A stretch of 64,000 nt of DNA from Dendrobates tinctorius (GCF_039654945.1 NW_027361679.1:22072001-22136000), one strand, 5' to 3'. Shown: positions 1-12,548, counted from the stretch's first letter. Numbers and translations are program-made. The notes: generated by a model from the sequence alone, not told the origin.

Positions 1-384
1 TCAAGTTAACTCACAATGGAAAAAATTGAATTACATGCATATAAAAAAGAAGCCCTATAATGATAGTGAAGATATAAATACATAAAATCCAAATGGACAA
101 ATAATTCACCCACAGTTTTGATGAAGGTCAGTTTATATAGTAATAATGTCCTGTAATATTATAGACTCACAAACAAAATACATAGTATTACAATAGTATT
201 ATATGAACAGTCAATAGTGACCACCACAAAAGGCGTCCAGCATACATATAGCAAAGTTTTAGCCTTCTCATCTATATTTATTTATTTGCACAGTATTATC
301 TTGTATAGTTGGGTCTTGGATAGAAGGGCCGTCTGCGTACTATTCTCCATCTCAATTTTTATCTATTTTATATTGTATGTCTAT

Positions 385-578
385 TAGTGATAAGCGCAAG
401 TGCTCATTACTAGTTTGCCTAGGGTGATTAGTTATGCACCGAGTATCGTGGGTGCTCGAGTGACTTGTTCGAGTCCCCACGGCCACCTTTTGTGGCTGTT
501 AGACAGTCACAAAAATACTCGGTGCATAGCTGATCACACTACGCAAACTCAAGTAATGAGAAATTGCTCTCATCACTA
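385..578. mobile_element. hAT-type MITE
   Basis: TIRs TAGTGATAAGCG...GCTCTCATCACTA; perfect 8-bp TSD ATGTCTAT (377-384 and 579-586); internally palindromic. Confidence 0.85.
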
Positions 579-1126
579 ATGTCTATTTGTATAATTAATA
601 AAGTGTGTTTCTCCATTTCATTACGTGCCTCTGTAGCTCTTCTGTTAGCAATATATAAGTCCATACCAAAAAACGATGATTAGAAGGCCAAGAATTAGAA
701 CAATACCATCATTTTATTATTATAGAAAATACATAAAATCCATAATGACAGGATAATCAGGGGAAAGGGAATAGAAAAAACACTCACTGATGCGGCTGTA
801 CACATGCACATACAAAAAGGGACGTACTCTTCCGGGCGACCATGTATATTTGCAATACATCAACAATGAAAAAATACTAGTGTGGATACAATTCCACTAA
901 TAGCAAATATAGGCAACATTGTATAGCCATATGTATAGAATAGAATGGGATGTAACCCGAAATCACACCTGGCATATATAACATAATCCAGCCCCACTAG
1001 CTGCTCGCAGCCTCCCATATTTCTCACATGTAAAGTGAAGGACAAAGCCAAGGATATCACAGGTAATTACCATGGAGGTCAGCAGCAGTCAGGGAGCGTG
1101 CCACAAGCCAAGGATGAGCGCGTCCG

Positions 1127-1163
1127 CCCTGACGCACGTTTTGGACCTTCCTTCTTCAAGGGG
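1127..1163 (-). ncRNA. Degenerate minimal hammerhead ribozyme motif (left arm)
   Basis: - strand reads CCCC-TTGAAGA-A-GGA-AGG-TCC-AAAAC-GTGC-GTC-AGGG; GAAA lost by a CpG-type G>A change. Confidence 0.6.
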
Positions 1164-1864
1164 CCTGACTCAGCTGATGGTAGCACACTTATATATACCA
1201 CCCGGTCAGAGCGCGAATACCGCGTGACCGGAAGTAGCTGTCCCAGCCCAGAAGTGACGCGCTCCGTTGTCAAGGCACCAGAGACGCCAGCCAGCGTTGA
1301 TGTCATGCAAGGGAAGGAGCAGTCAATGCAAACTCCACCACAGCATTGAGATGCCGAAAGCGGGCGTGCGTAGCGGGGACGAGACCACAGGCGTGTACAA
1401 GCCGGGAGAGCTAGTAACATGAGTGTAACATTGTAGACACAAGCAATTTAAAATATTGTCACAATGGCTGCATAGGTAAAAGCAAATGAGGACATATATT
1501 TTTCCTAAGGTCACAATATATGATCAACGGAACATATTATTACATATAATATCACCACAATTATATATAGAAAAATTGGTCACAAATCTTATCTTATTAG
1601 GCCCATAATTAGATCTATTCGCATAGAGGAGTACATCTGTGGTCTCATCCTCGCTATGCCCTCCCGTTTTCGGCATCTCAATGTTGTGGTGGAGTTTGCA
1701 TTGGCTGCTCCTCCCCTTACATGACGTCAACGCTGGCTGGCGTTGCTGGTGCCTTGACAACGGAGCGCGTCACTTCCGGGCCGGGACCGCTACTTCCGGT
1801 CACGCGGTATTCACGCTTTGACCGAGTGGTATATACAAGTGTGCTACCATCAGCTGAGTCAGGG

Positions 1865-1900
1865 CTCTTGAAGAAGGAAGGTCTGAAACGCACTCCGGGG
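1865..1900 (+). ncRNA. Degenerate minimal hammerhead ribozyme motif (right arm)
   Basis: CTC-TTGAAGA-A-GGA-AGG-TCT-GAAAC-GCACTCC-GGGG; GAAA intact, cleavage triplet decayed. Confidence 0.55.
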
Positions 1901-3049
1901 CGGACGCGCTCATCCTTGGTTTGTGGCAAGCTCCCTGACTGCTGCTGACCTCCATGGTAATTACCTGCGATTTCCTTGGCTTTGTCATCACTATACATGT
2001 GAGAAATATGGGAGGCTGCGAGCAGCTAGCGGGGCTGGATTAAGTTATATATGCCAGGTGTGATTGATTTCGGGTTACATCCCCTTCTATTATATACATA
2101 TGGCTATATAATGGTGCCTATATTTGCTATTAGTGGAATTGTATCCACACTAGTATTTTTTCATTGTTGATGTATTGCAAATATGCATGGTCGCCTGGAT
2201 GAGTACTTCCCTTTTTGTATGTGCATGTGTGCACCCGCATCAGTGAGTTTTTTTCTATTCCCTTTCCCCTGATTATCCTGGCATTATGGATTTTATGTAT
2301 TTTCTATAATAATAAAATTATGGTGTTTTCTAATTCTTGGCCTTCTAATCATCATTTTTTGGTATGGATTTATGTGCTTTTTTGTGATAGGCAATAACAA
2401 TCCTTAATGACATATATATGGTTCATGTATTTATGCTATATACCATGTATGTGAGTTTGACTTGTTCTGTTAGCCATATATGTAAAAAAGGTGAGTCGAT
2501 CTTTGGCACAAATATAAAGAAATACATTATTGTACCCTTACCAATGTATTTTCTGTTCTCTATAGTATTCATATTCTTGTATTACAAATTGCTCTCTACT
2601 TGATCCACCATACAGCCAGAAATACAAAAACAAATGGAAACAAATAAAACTGGATATACATTTAATGTTCATTCTCTCCATGAACACTATGGAGTATGCT
2701 AGGCATTTACACTTAACAACCTCGTAGAAAGGTAATTTCAATATTTCTAGACAGCAGGAGGTGCATTTTAACAAGATCTGATTGCATCAAGCGGGTATGT
2801 TTTTATTTAATCTCACTGCAAATAGATGAATGTGTTATGGTTTACAAAAGGATCAAAACTATTGGGAAATAAAGTAGTGAAGATAAGAGAATAAATGATT
2901 ATTATCATATAAATGTATACAAGAAAAGCAATGGACCATCTCAGTAATATCTCGGATATGTAAACCAGTGAGTTACCTGCAAGGTCTGTGCAGACTGTGG
3001 GTTACAACTATCACCTCAGTGAAGAAATCCATTGTTTATTACAGAAAAT

Positions 3050-3598
3050 GGGGGGACATTTATCAGTGCTTTTGTTCCAAAATATTTTTGTGCAAATTGC
3101 AGCTTTTCATTATTGGAAATGCCCAAGCCAAAATTATCAATAGTTTAAGCTATTATTTGCACCTTTTCTATCACCTGCGTCAAAACTTAAAAATGATAAA
3201 GTGGGCCTGGTTAAGCTTATCATTGCACTTCTATATATCATTGTTAAAACTTTAAACACAGCAGTTGCACCAAAATATTGCAACTTTTAGCAGTATCATG
3301 TCAGTTTTTCCAATTGCCAATGAAATGGGCGGAGCTGGAGTGTCACGGTGGTGCAGTGGGAGAGTGACTCCACAGCTCGGCCAATTCATGATGAGCTGCG
3401 GTGTTCTGCTTTCCAGAAACTTTAGTCTAATCCCTAACTGGAGTGAGAGTTTTGGCTCAAATCGGCTCACACCACTTATCAGACACTCTGGATTCATGAA
3501 GAGGCATGAACTTGTAGTGAATTAGGAGAATCAGGCTCCACCCCCACTCCCTCTTCAAGACTGGTGAGGAAATTGCCGGTCTTGATGAATTGGGGTCA
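3050..3598. mobile_element. PIF/Harbinger-like MITE (degenerate)
   Basis: Termini GGGGGACATTTATCA ... TGATGAATTGGGG are imperfect inverted repeats. Confidence 0.45.
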
Positions 3599-3624
3599 TA
3601 GCTTCTAACACAACCAAATTAAAC

Positions 3625-3662
3625 AAAAACGTTTTGGCCTCATGTGGCCTTCATCAGTTAGC
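3625..3662 (-). ncRNA. Degenerate hammerhead core
   Basis: - strand CTGATGA-A-GGCC-ACATGA-GGCC-AAAACGTT: canonical CUGAUGA, a 4-bp stem II, and CCGAAA>CCAAAA. Confidence 0.4.
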
Positions 3663-5109
3663 AGACAGCTCAGAGATAGGAAAAGATGAAGATCTTGTTT
3701 AATGAAACAGGTAGGGGATTATATCCCATATAAATGCGGCTGCTGGTAAGCAGCAATATATGTGGACGCAATGCTGCACAGCGTCCTTACAGACGTCTAA
3801 GGATTGTGCGCGTGCTGACTGCAGTGACACGGTATCCACCGTTCGTCGGCTTGTTCCAAAAGTCTTCACATTACTGGTGCTTGCAGTGTTGGCCCTTTGA
3901 TCACTTGTGATCAATGGCTTTTTGCAGGGAAAACAAAAGCAAACACTGTGGATTCTAATAATCTTTTTCTTCCTCTTTATTATTCTGTTTACAGAATAAA
4001 AATATGAAAAGCGCATATCAATAAAACATTAAGATTTTCATGAGGAAAATTCGGAAAAAAACATTTATACCTATTCCTTTTTTACCAGGTTTTTATTAAA
4101 CTCACAGAATACAAGGGTGAAGATGCTGAGACGGACGGTGTATGCAAACAGCAGACTTCTGAGCACAGCAGATAGTGAGGGCAGACGAATGCAGAATCTA
4201 GCAACGAAGCATAACATAACGAGGACAGTTTGGGCTTGCTACTCAGTATTGAGATGTGAGAACCAGATTGTGGCGCTAACAGTTACAGAAGAACAATGTG
4301 TTTATGGGTGGAGAAACGGTTTTACTTCATTTTAATTGAACACCATCTCTAGCTCCAAGCCCACTAACATACAGCATGCGATTGCTTTTCTGCAACAAAG
4401 TTTGCATATTCAAGACAGACCATTGCTGTTTTAAAAAATGGCTTGGAGCAAACATTTAAGTTGTATGCGATTTCAACAAGTATAAAATTTCACAATTTGT
4501 GCAAAATTCTACATTAACATGCAAGATCAGTCTCCTGTCTCTTTCTAACTTTAGGAAATGTGCCAATTAACAAATAAAAAGGTCACAGTTTGCTCAAAAC
4601 TATTTGGCATTGGCTTGCAACATTTGACACACTGAACTCAGGTTCTTATGTAACATTGAGAAGTGTAATACCATGCTTAAAAAGTTGTGCTGGTGTAAAT
4701 TGAATCAAATTTTAATGTTTGGTAAATGGGAAATACCATGTTTCAGGGTGTAAATGTTATAGAAAATCAATACCTTACATTAACTCTTGTTTTGTGTATT
4801 AATTATGAAATTAAAAACATGTATGATCTAAACTGGTTGAATTTGCAAGTGTGCTCTCTTGTTTTCTTAGCTAAATGAGGTAATAACAATGACCTGATAC
4901 TTCTGCAAAGATTCTTGAATCATCTAGAAAACAAGGTTTTTATAGAAAAATTATTCCTTATCATGCGCTGATATAATTATCTAAATATAATGTTTTCGAC
5001 TTTAGTCCTTTGTGTCAGATTTTTAGTAACAGAAATGTATCTGAATCACAGTCTACAGTGCCCCTTTCTTTTTATAACTACGGTACTTAGACAATGCAGT
5101 TTTTAATAG

Positions 5110-5661
5110 TGTCACACAACGTGTAGGAAAGGATAAGTGTAACATGAAGGGATGAGAGAAAAGGAACCAAACACTAGGGAAGGGGGGAGTGGAGACCCCT
5201 AGGCATATCTAACATCACCCTGTCTGCCCTATCATCCCTATATAGGTTCTGCACCTAATGCCCCTATATAGATTTTGCACCTAATGCCGAGCAGGTTGTC
5301 TAATCCCTGCCTGCCACTGGCGCTAAGTCCTGCACCAGGAAGGATAGGATGGGTGCTAGTCAATCACCACTACTACTAAAGACAGATGGATGGGATACAA
5401 AAACAAGGGGGAACATTAGCCAACTGCAATAGCTGTAAGCCACAACAGGGAACTGGAAATAGAAATACCACCTGTAACTTTCCAACAGCAAGCTGGAAGT
5501 TACAACCCCCCCAGTTCAGGTGTGTCAACTAGAGCCTGAGGATGGTTGCCACTGGATCCTAGAGTTAGAAGACCCAGGAAGAAGTCTGCAAAGCAAACTG
5601 CTGAGACCTTCTGCAGTTAGATGCAGAGTGACGGTCTGCAACCTCTGACACACCTATGACA
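5110..5661. mobile_element. Solo LTR (Gypsy-like)
   Basis: TGTCAC...TGACA termini; 5-bp TSD AATAG on both sides. Confidence 0.75.
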
Positions 5662-6146
5662 AATAGACGGTCAGTTTCTGCAACCCTTATATTAATTTTC
5701 CACAAGACATAAATGAATGTGTGCCCTGGTCATCAGTTTTATCATATTATTCTTGTGCTGTTCCAGTTAATGTAAAAGTTATCTACCTGCCGGAAACTGC
5801 TGAAATCTCATTCACAGTTTATTTTTCTTGCCCATTGTGTTTAGCATGATTCTGCTGCCATCTAGTAGTCATTGTTATTTTATGTCTGTAAAGTTATCTG
5901 CAGCTGTAATTTCCCATAATGCTATTTTTCCTTTTACTCCTCCTGTACTGTGAGTTCATATCTTACAGTGCCATCTTGTTCTGTTAAGACATACATCTCA
6001 GAGATGAAGAGAAGGTTTTCTTTTGATCTATGTCACACCATTTTTCAAGCTACATTCAATAAATTACCTAAAAGCTCCTCTATTGCATCACCTTCATTGG
6101 ACTGCCTACATGCATTTGGTCTAGCTCGACAAGTAAAAATAGCAAG

Positions 6147-6457
6147 TAGTGATGAGCGAACATGCTTGGATAAAGCACTATCCGAGCATGCTCGTATGCT
6201 AACCGAGTGCCTTCAGCATGCTTGAAAAATATGTCCGAGTCCCCCTGTCTGCATGTCTTGCGGCTGTCAGACAGCTGCAAGACATGCAGGGATTATCTAA
6301 CAAACAGGCAAACTCTGCATGCATTGTGGCTGTCGTACAGCCATGAGACATGCAGTCACAGAGACTCGAACATATTTTTCGGGCATGCCAAAGACAATTG
6401 GTTAGCACTCGAGCATGCTCTGATAACACCTTTTCCGAGCATGTTCGCTCATCACTA
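6147..6457. mobile_element. hAT-type MITE
   Basis: TIR TAGTGATGAGCGAACATGCT / AGCATGTTCGCTCATCACTA; 8-bp TSD ATAGCAAG/ATAGCAAA; near-palindromic body. Confidence 0.85.
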
Positions 6458-7044
6458 ATAGCAAATTCAATAGCTTCCGCAAGAGATTATTCCTCCCATC
6501 CCTATTTCCCAAGTACATCAGTGGGAGAATAATTCTTCAAAAACTTCCTATATAAAAAAATGCAATTCTTTTAAAGACCAATTGCCAGCAATGCCTTACT
6601 TTAATGTGAAATTGGGAACTTTGTTATCCTTCGAAAGTGAGATAAAACTCTTGTTTAATATTATTTAATTCTAGCTTCCTTCACCTATTTTTACAACATT
6701 CCCTTTGGTTATCTTTGGTGATGTATCATTCTAAATAGGTATCTACTAAAGGTCATGTAGCAATGTTTACTGCTGTTTAATGATTTCATCAGTGTGTTTT
6801 TCGCAGACTTGGAAGGTGTGAACATATTTCATCAGTGTCGCTTTTTTATCTAGCCTTGCACTGAAAAATATTGGGTCTCTGATTTCCAATTTGCATTCTC
6901 AATTACAGATAAGTGACCTATTTCATCCTAACTTTTAAGAGTGTTGCACTTTTTTGAATATTATTAATATTATTAGTAATTTTAGTAGTAGGAGTAATTT
7001 ACTATGATGGTGATTTGTATCAAGTATCTATTCTATTATTTCTA

Positions 7045-7550
7045 AACACTGTTTTTCAGTGATTACTTTGTATCTCCGTTCATACTGCAATCACACACAC
7101 AAATGATACACCATTTGAAAGGTAAACTTGCCCCCTTCAGCAAGAAACTAGCCAAACAAACCACACAACCTTGATTTGATCACAGAATACAGTTTAAACA
7201 TTAATTTTCATAAACCTGCAGTGCCCCAAAGCACACTACCACAAAACTGCTTACAGGCATCACAAACAAATCCAAACATTTGCCTTGGAGTCTTTCCAGC
7301 TTGCTCAAGTGCTTGCCCTGCCTATTTCAGGCACATTTGAGGATTGCACACTTCACTGCAGGTGAGTCATATATGCAAACACATTTGTATACATGCACTG
7401 CTTTTTCGGTGATTACTTCGCGCCACACACAAATGATACACCATTTGAAAGGTAAACTTGCTCCCTTCAGCAATAAAAAGTCAGATAAACCACACATTCA
7501 TGATTTTATCACTAAATACAGTTTAAACATTCATTTTCATAAACCTACAG
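7045..7550 (+). repeat. Diverged direct repeat of ~160-180 bp (two copies ~330 bp apart)
   Basis: ACACACAAATGATACACCATTTGAAAGGTAAACTTG...CAGTTTAAACATT at ~7095 and ~7425. Confidence 0.7.
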
Positions 7551-7789
7551 AAAGACACAATGACCTGCAGGTGGCACTTCAACCAGAAAAATGTTTTGGC
7601 CTCTACTTATCAAACCAATTTATTGTATTATCAATCTACATATATAAATACCTGTCTGTGTTCATCATCTTATGAAATACATTTACATTTGACCAGCTCG
7701 CTTTTTCTGAAATTGCCTATGCCCCCGATGACCAATGTGCGAAAATTTCGCACGGGCCAAGCTAGTTCTTTATAAATCCATAGCATTAA

Positions 7790-9162
7790 AGGGAACCTGT
7801 CACCTTGGCAAATGCTACTTATGTGCAGATACATGGTTAATCTGCATGGAAATAAGTACTATAATGCTGCCCAATCACCTTACTCAAAGTGCGACTACTG
7901 GGAAAAAATGAATCATGAAGGTGTGAACAGCTGGTTTTCAGACATGGAGAAATGCATGGCGCACCTTCAGGAACCACTCACAGTGCTGCTAACTATACTG
8001 TGAGCAGTGTCTGTAAGCGCACCCCAGCTCTTTGATTCACAGCTTGTTCTGCCCAAATGAGCTGCAGAGTCAGCTGTCAATCAAAGTTCTGGGATGTGCT
8101 TACATGCATCAGTCACAGTATAGTAAGCGTGCACCGATTACTAAAAGCATGTAGCTCCAGGGAGGATAAGTGTTATGAATGAGTCACCGTAGGAGGCAAA
8201 AACAGAAATACAAGCTAAGTCCAGAAAACCAGAGAAGTTGGCAACTATCAGATTGCAGACCCCTGAACCTATCAACACAACTAGCAGTAGCCGTGGGGGG
8301 TTCCTACGATGCCCTAGACCCCTCGATCACAGCCGGAGAATTAAATAGGCCTAAAGAAAGAAAGGGGAAATCTAAACTGCCCCAGAGCAGACCCCAAAGC
8401 AATAGGCAGCCCCCAACATATAATGACGGTGAAGCAAGATGAAAACACTAACACAGACAGAAAGATAGACCGAGCAAAGACGGGGCCCAAAACTACCTAG
8501 ATAGGAAAGGACAGGAAGGCTGCTGTCTGCAATCTGCCAAAACCCTATCAAAGACATAAGCCAACAAGCTGATATGAAAAAGGCCCTGAAGCAGCTAGGC
8601 TTCAAAAACTAAATCAGCACTCAGGTATTTTCAGAAGACAGAGCTAAAGGAATTCAGCACACCCCAGCAGGGAATGGCAGAAATCCAGAAAAACAAAGCA
8701 AAACAAAGTCAAAGCACCAATGCAAAAGGCCGAGCAGCAAACTTAGCTTTAGAGGAGCAGGAATTCAGACTGGTCTCCAAGGATCCCACAGAGAAATCAC
8801 CAGCAGGGCAGAAGGGCGTCGGCAGCCTTATATCCAGTCAGTAACTCCACTCAGCCAGTCATCATCATCAGCCTCAGGTGTTTGATAATCAGGCTCACTA
8901 CCTTTCTTTACCAGAAGAGGGAGTTCCTCGGGCCTCAGTAATGAAGGGGAAAATGAACTCACAACAGATAAGTTAATTTTCTCCCAGTACCTGCACTTTC
9001 AGTAATGTGTCTGTGCAGCATCATAATGCTTTTTACCTGCAGATTAATCCTATATCAGTCGAGCTAGACCAAATGCATGTAGGCAGTCCAATGAAGGTGA
9101 TGCAATAGAGGAGCTTTTAGGTAATTTATTGAAAATAGCAATTTCCAAGGTGAAAGGTTCCC
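7790..9162. mobile_element. T2/Kolobok-type MITE interrupted by a solo LTR
   Basis: TTAA|AGGGAACCTGTCACCTTGG ... CCAAGGTGAAAGGTTCCC|TTAA. Confidence 0.8.
8171..8966 (-). mobile_element. Solo LTR related to the Gypsy element at 16039-21817
   Basis: TGTTATG...CACAACA termini; colinear with LTRs 16039-16840 and 21014-21817 (roughly 85-90% by eye); 6-bp TSD GATAAG. Confidence 0.92.
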
Positions 9163-10154
9163 TTAATATTTACTAACACCCTAATAGCAAAATTATTTTT
9201 TTTGTTAAAGCCTCAATCTCCGGTTGGAACAAAAGGATTTAATAAGATAGACTTTGTCATTTTGCACATGTATATTTTTTCTAAAAAAAAAAAAAATCAC
9301 CCTGAACCTAATGCACCTTCTTGATTGAACTTATCTGATCAAAATTACAACCAAAATGTATTGTCTTGAATGTTTAGTTATCCGAGAATGGGCTAGGATA
9401 AAGATTGAAAATGATAACTTTTTAGGATGGAAGTAATATACTGATTATCACTTCTCCTAACTGCTGCTCATTGTGTTCAGAGCAATAAGAAGCTCTCATT
9501 GTCTTATTTCCTCCCCATCTTTAAAAGGCTAAACTGGTGTATAATCTTTCTGCATTTGCACAATAAAAAAGAAGGATTAAAGTACAAGGGCAAATATAAG
9601 GACATTATGAAAAACTACTGGCTGCTATAGGTGGTAGCCATGATCAAATATGATTGCATTGTGGTTAGAAGTTTTGCTTTCATTTATTTAAAAAAAAAAA
9701 ATAAAGATAACAATGATGCTTTAATGTTGTTCCAAATATGCAAAGAATTTGCAGAGTTGTACATTACTGAGATATGAAATGGCAGCTGGTTTTTATAGGA
9801 TTCTATGTAGGAGGAAGGAAGAGCTCTGCTTCTTGCTCCATCATGCTCCTTTCTATATAGAATCTTTCAACACCAACTGTGATCAGCTGTCTCAGTAATG
9901 TAACATTCTGTCTTCATAGAGTACAGATTTTACCCAGAAATTGAGAATTTTGGAAATGAATGATCAGTCCTGGAGGAAAAACAAGCAAATTTCTCTGAAA
10001 AAATATTCAACAAAGTTCCCTATTTTCATGTGTACTATTGATTTGTAAAATAAAAAGGAAATGACTGTTACTCTTTAAGAGTTGAATAGGGTGGGGCGGT
10101 ATTAGACTGTAAGAAAAAAATGCTTAAAAAGCACATAAAATACTAAGGTCTTAA

Positions 10155-10779
10155 AGAACAACTCCTGTGAAACTTTTTATGCCCCAAACCTGTGTAAGTG
10201 TATATGTAGTGTAATGTAGGTGCATTTACATGCTTACAAATCTACATTTCTTTGGTTTTAAATGCCACTATGGTCCTCTTCCTGGTCACGTCATGACTAT
10301 TCCGCACACTGAGGTCTATGTAGGAGCCAGAAGTCGCTTTTAGGGCTCATACTCACTTGCGAGAGACTCGCACGATTCTAGTGCGAGTCTCTCACATGAA
10401 AACCTGGCACTGCCGCCGGCACTGGGACCGGAGTGAGCGGCTACATGTATTTCTATGCAGCTGCACACTCCAGTCCCAGTGCCAGGTTTTCATGTGAGAG
10501 ACTCGCACTAGAATCGTGCGAGTCTCTTGCAAGTGAGTATGATCCATTACAATGTAAGCCCATGGAGAGTCAGAACGAGACGCCATAGGCTTCCTTTATA
10601 AAAGTGACTTCCACTTCCAGCTCACATATAGACCTCAGTGTGATCTGGTAAGTCACAGCTGCATCACGAGAAAAGAGGACCAGAACGTTCCTGTAAACCA
10701 GGTAAGTATATTTACATACTTACATTTCATATACATTTACTTAGATTTAGAGCATAAAAAGTTTCATTGAGTGCTTCTT
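10155..10779. mobile_element. T2-type MITE containing a nested MITE
   Basis: TTAA|AGAACAACTCC ... GAGTGCTTCT|TTAA with inverted internal arms. Confidence 0.6.
10343..10546. mobile_element. PIF/Harbinger-like palindromic MITE
   Basis: GGGCTCATACTCACTTGCGAGAGACTCGCACG ... TGCAAGTGAGTATGATCC; TTA flanks; almost entirely a hairpin. Confidence 0.7.
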
Positions 10780-11544
10780 TTAAAGACAAAACCTGTTATG
10801 GCGGCACACATTGTATTAATGACTATTCTACTGACTGAACACTACTTACAACATCATATGGTGTGTACATTGAGCACTGTATAGAAGCATTGTTTCTGGG
10901 GAAGAATAACTTTGTACTATACTGTAGCAAGATGTTAAACATATTGTATCAGTATGGGACCATATATAATATCTCTAGATGCTGTAATATTAATCTGCAC
11001 AATATGAACTTTTATTAAGAGTGACTAAATACAATGTTAAATAAATGTTAATACTTACTGAAAAAATTGCTCAGTACAATTAAAAAAGGATTGAAGTTGT
11101 TTTTTGTGATTTGATGCATCTATACAATATGTATTTTTTATTTGAATATGAATTTTACTACTTAGAAGTACTGCAAGTCAAGTCACAGTAAATAAAATGC
11201 TGACATATAAATCCCAAGAAATTATAATGTTATTTAATATGAAAACTGTCCTCGGTTCTGGTACTTTGAACCAAAATACCTGCCAGCCGGCAGTCAGACT
11301 GTCATCAAATTTGTGTAAAATGCTACGGCTTTGTTCCACTCCAGGGTGCAATGACAATCTCTGAATAAGAAATTCAGCATGTAAATCCTCAGTTTATGAT
11401 CACAAAGAAGGAACCTGATAAAATATTATGGTTCAAATGTATTATACAGTGGAAAACCAGTAATAAGTAAATAAATATGACATGTTCCATGACCAAATGC
11501 TTAACTGCGAGTGGAGAAAAGAAAGTGTACAATAGTCCAGTGAA

Positions 11545-11602
11545 TAGACAGACAGACAGACAGACAGACAGATAGATAGGATAGATAGATAGATAGATAG
11601 AT
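11545..11602 (+). repeat. (GACA)n(GATA)n microsatellite
   Basis: Direct reading. Confidence 0.95.
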
Positions 11603-11723
11603 ATTATTGCACAGGTATATAAAAAGCAAAAGCAGGCAGCACTCCAATATTTACCAAAAAATTTGGATTTTATTCACCTGTATGGCGTGGCGACTTTTCG
11701 GTTCAACTGAACATTTATTCAAG
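11603..11723 (-). mobile_element. Short Penelope-like pLTR fragment with hammerhead-like motif, embedded in a GATA repeat
   Basis: - strand CTTGAATAAA-TGTTC-AGTT-GAACC-GAAAAGTCGCC...AATAAA...GGAGTGCTGCC; GATA repeats on both sides. Confidence 0.5.
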
Positions 11724-11823
11724 ATAGATAGATAAAAAAAATAGTGAAACAACACAATGAATAAAAAGTGAGAGTACAAGGCCTCCCAAACTACAATTCA
11801 GTTTTAATTACCGTATATTGAAT

Positions 11824-11990
11824 AAATAAAAGAAGGCAGCACTCAAAAATTGCAAAGAAAAAAGCGGACCTCAATTATCGCATGTGGCAACGTTTCAGTT
11901 CACAGATCCTTTGCGAATGGAAATGTTGCCAAATGGGCTAATTATTGTCCCATTTTTTATTTGCATTTTTTGAGTGCTGTCTTTTATTTT
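11824..11990. repeat. Short inverted repeat of the same pLTR-like family
   Basis: Arms 11824-11896 (GGCAGCACTC...GGCAACGTTTC) and 11920-11990 (GAAATGTTGCC...GAGTGCTGTC). Confidence 0.65.
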
Positions 11991-12548
11991 TTTTACAGAT
12001 AGAAAGACAGATTGATTACACACCCTGCATAATCTTATAAATGTGCCTCTGCTATGTCCTGTGTAATGGCCACAGATCCTGGGCAGGGGAGGAAGCAAAA
12101 TCCAAGACAACACGGGATCACAGCTGCTGTTTTCTGTGAGGTAAAACATTTAAAAACAAGCAGCAAAAACTTTACTTCACAGAAAGAATCATTTGCAATC
12201 CCATGCTGACCTGTCTGTATGCACATTTTTCTCCTCCCCTGTCCAGGAAATGTGGTTGATACAGACCATGCTCCTTCATGGTCAGACACAGCCATTACAC
12301 AGTATATAGCAGTTACACATAATTAAGATTAGCTCAGCACAGGGTTATGTTTTTAACACATCCAATTGTGGATCTTGTTTGTTAAGAACTATTGATTACA
12401 ATGTACTTTATTTGTGGGAAATCCCTTTAAACCAGTGGCAGTTCTGCTCAGTTACTTTCAATTAACACAGATTTGCTTTACCTTCTAACGCAATCTCTAT
12501 TGGTTTGGATAAGACCTAGCATGAGATCAGTGAGGGATAGGTAGTCAC

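Larger units (their letters stand above)
657..2464. mobile_element. Non-autonomous Penelope-like element with inverted pseudo-LTR arms
   Basis: ~735-bp inverted arms (~655-1390 vs ~1640-2372), ~250-bp spacer and ~90-bp unpaired tail; flanked by a 17-bp direct repeat TTCTGTTAGC(A/C)ATATAT (640-656, 2465-2481); each arm has a minimal hammerhead-like motif. Confidence 0.65.

Noticed and set aside
860-1998. Mirror-image ORFs (1035-1349 on +, 1717-1998 on -, and others)
   Set aside because: They are by-products of the GC-rich inverted arms, with non-ATG or inconsistent starts, differing stops and no domain.
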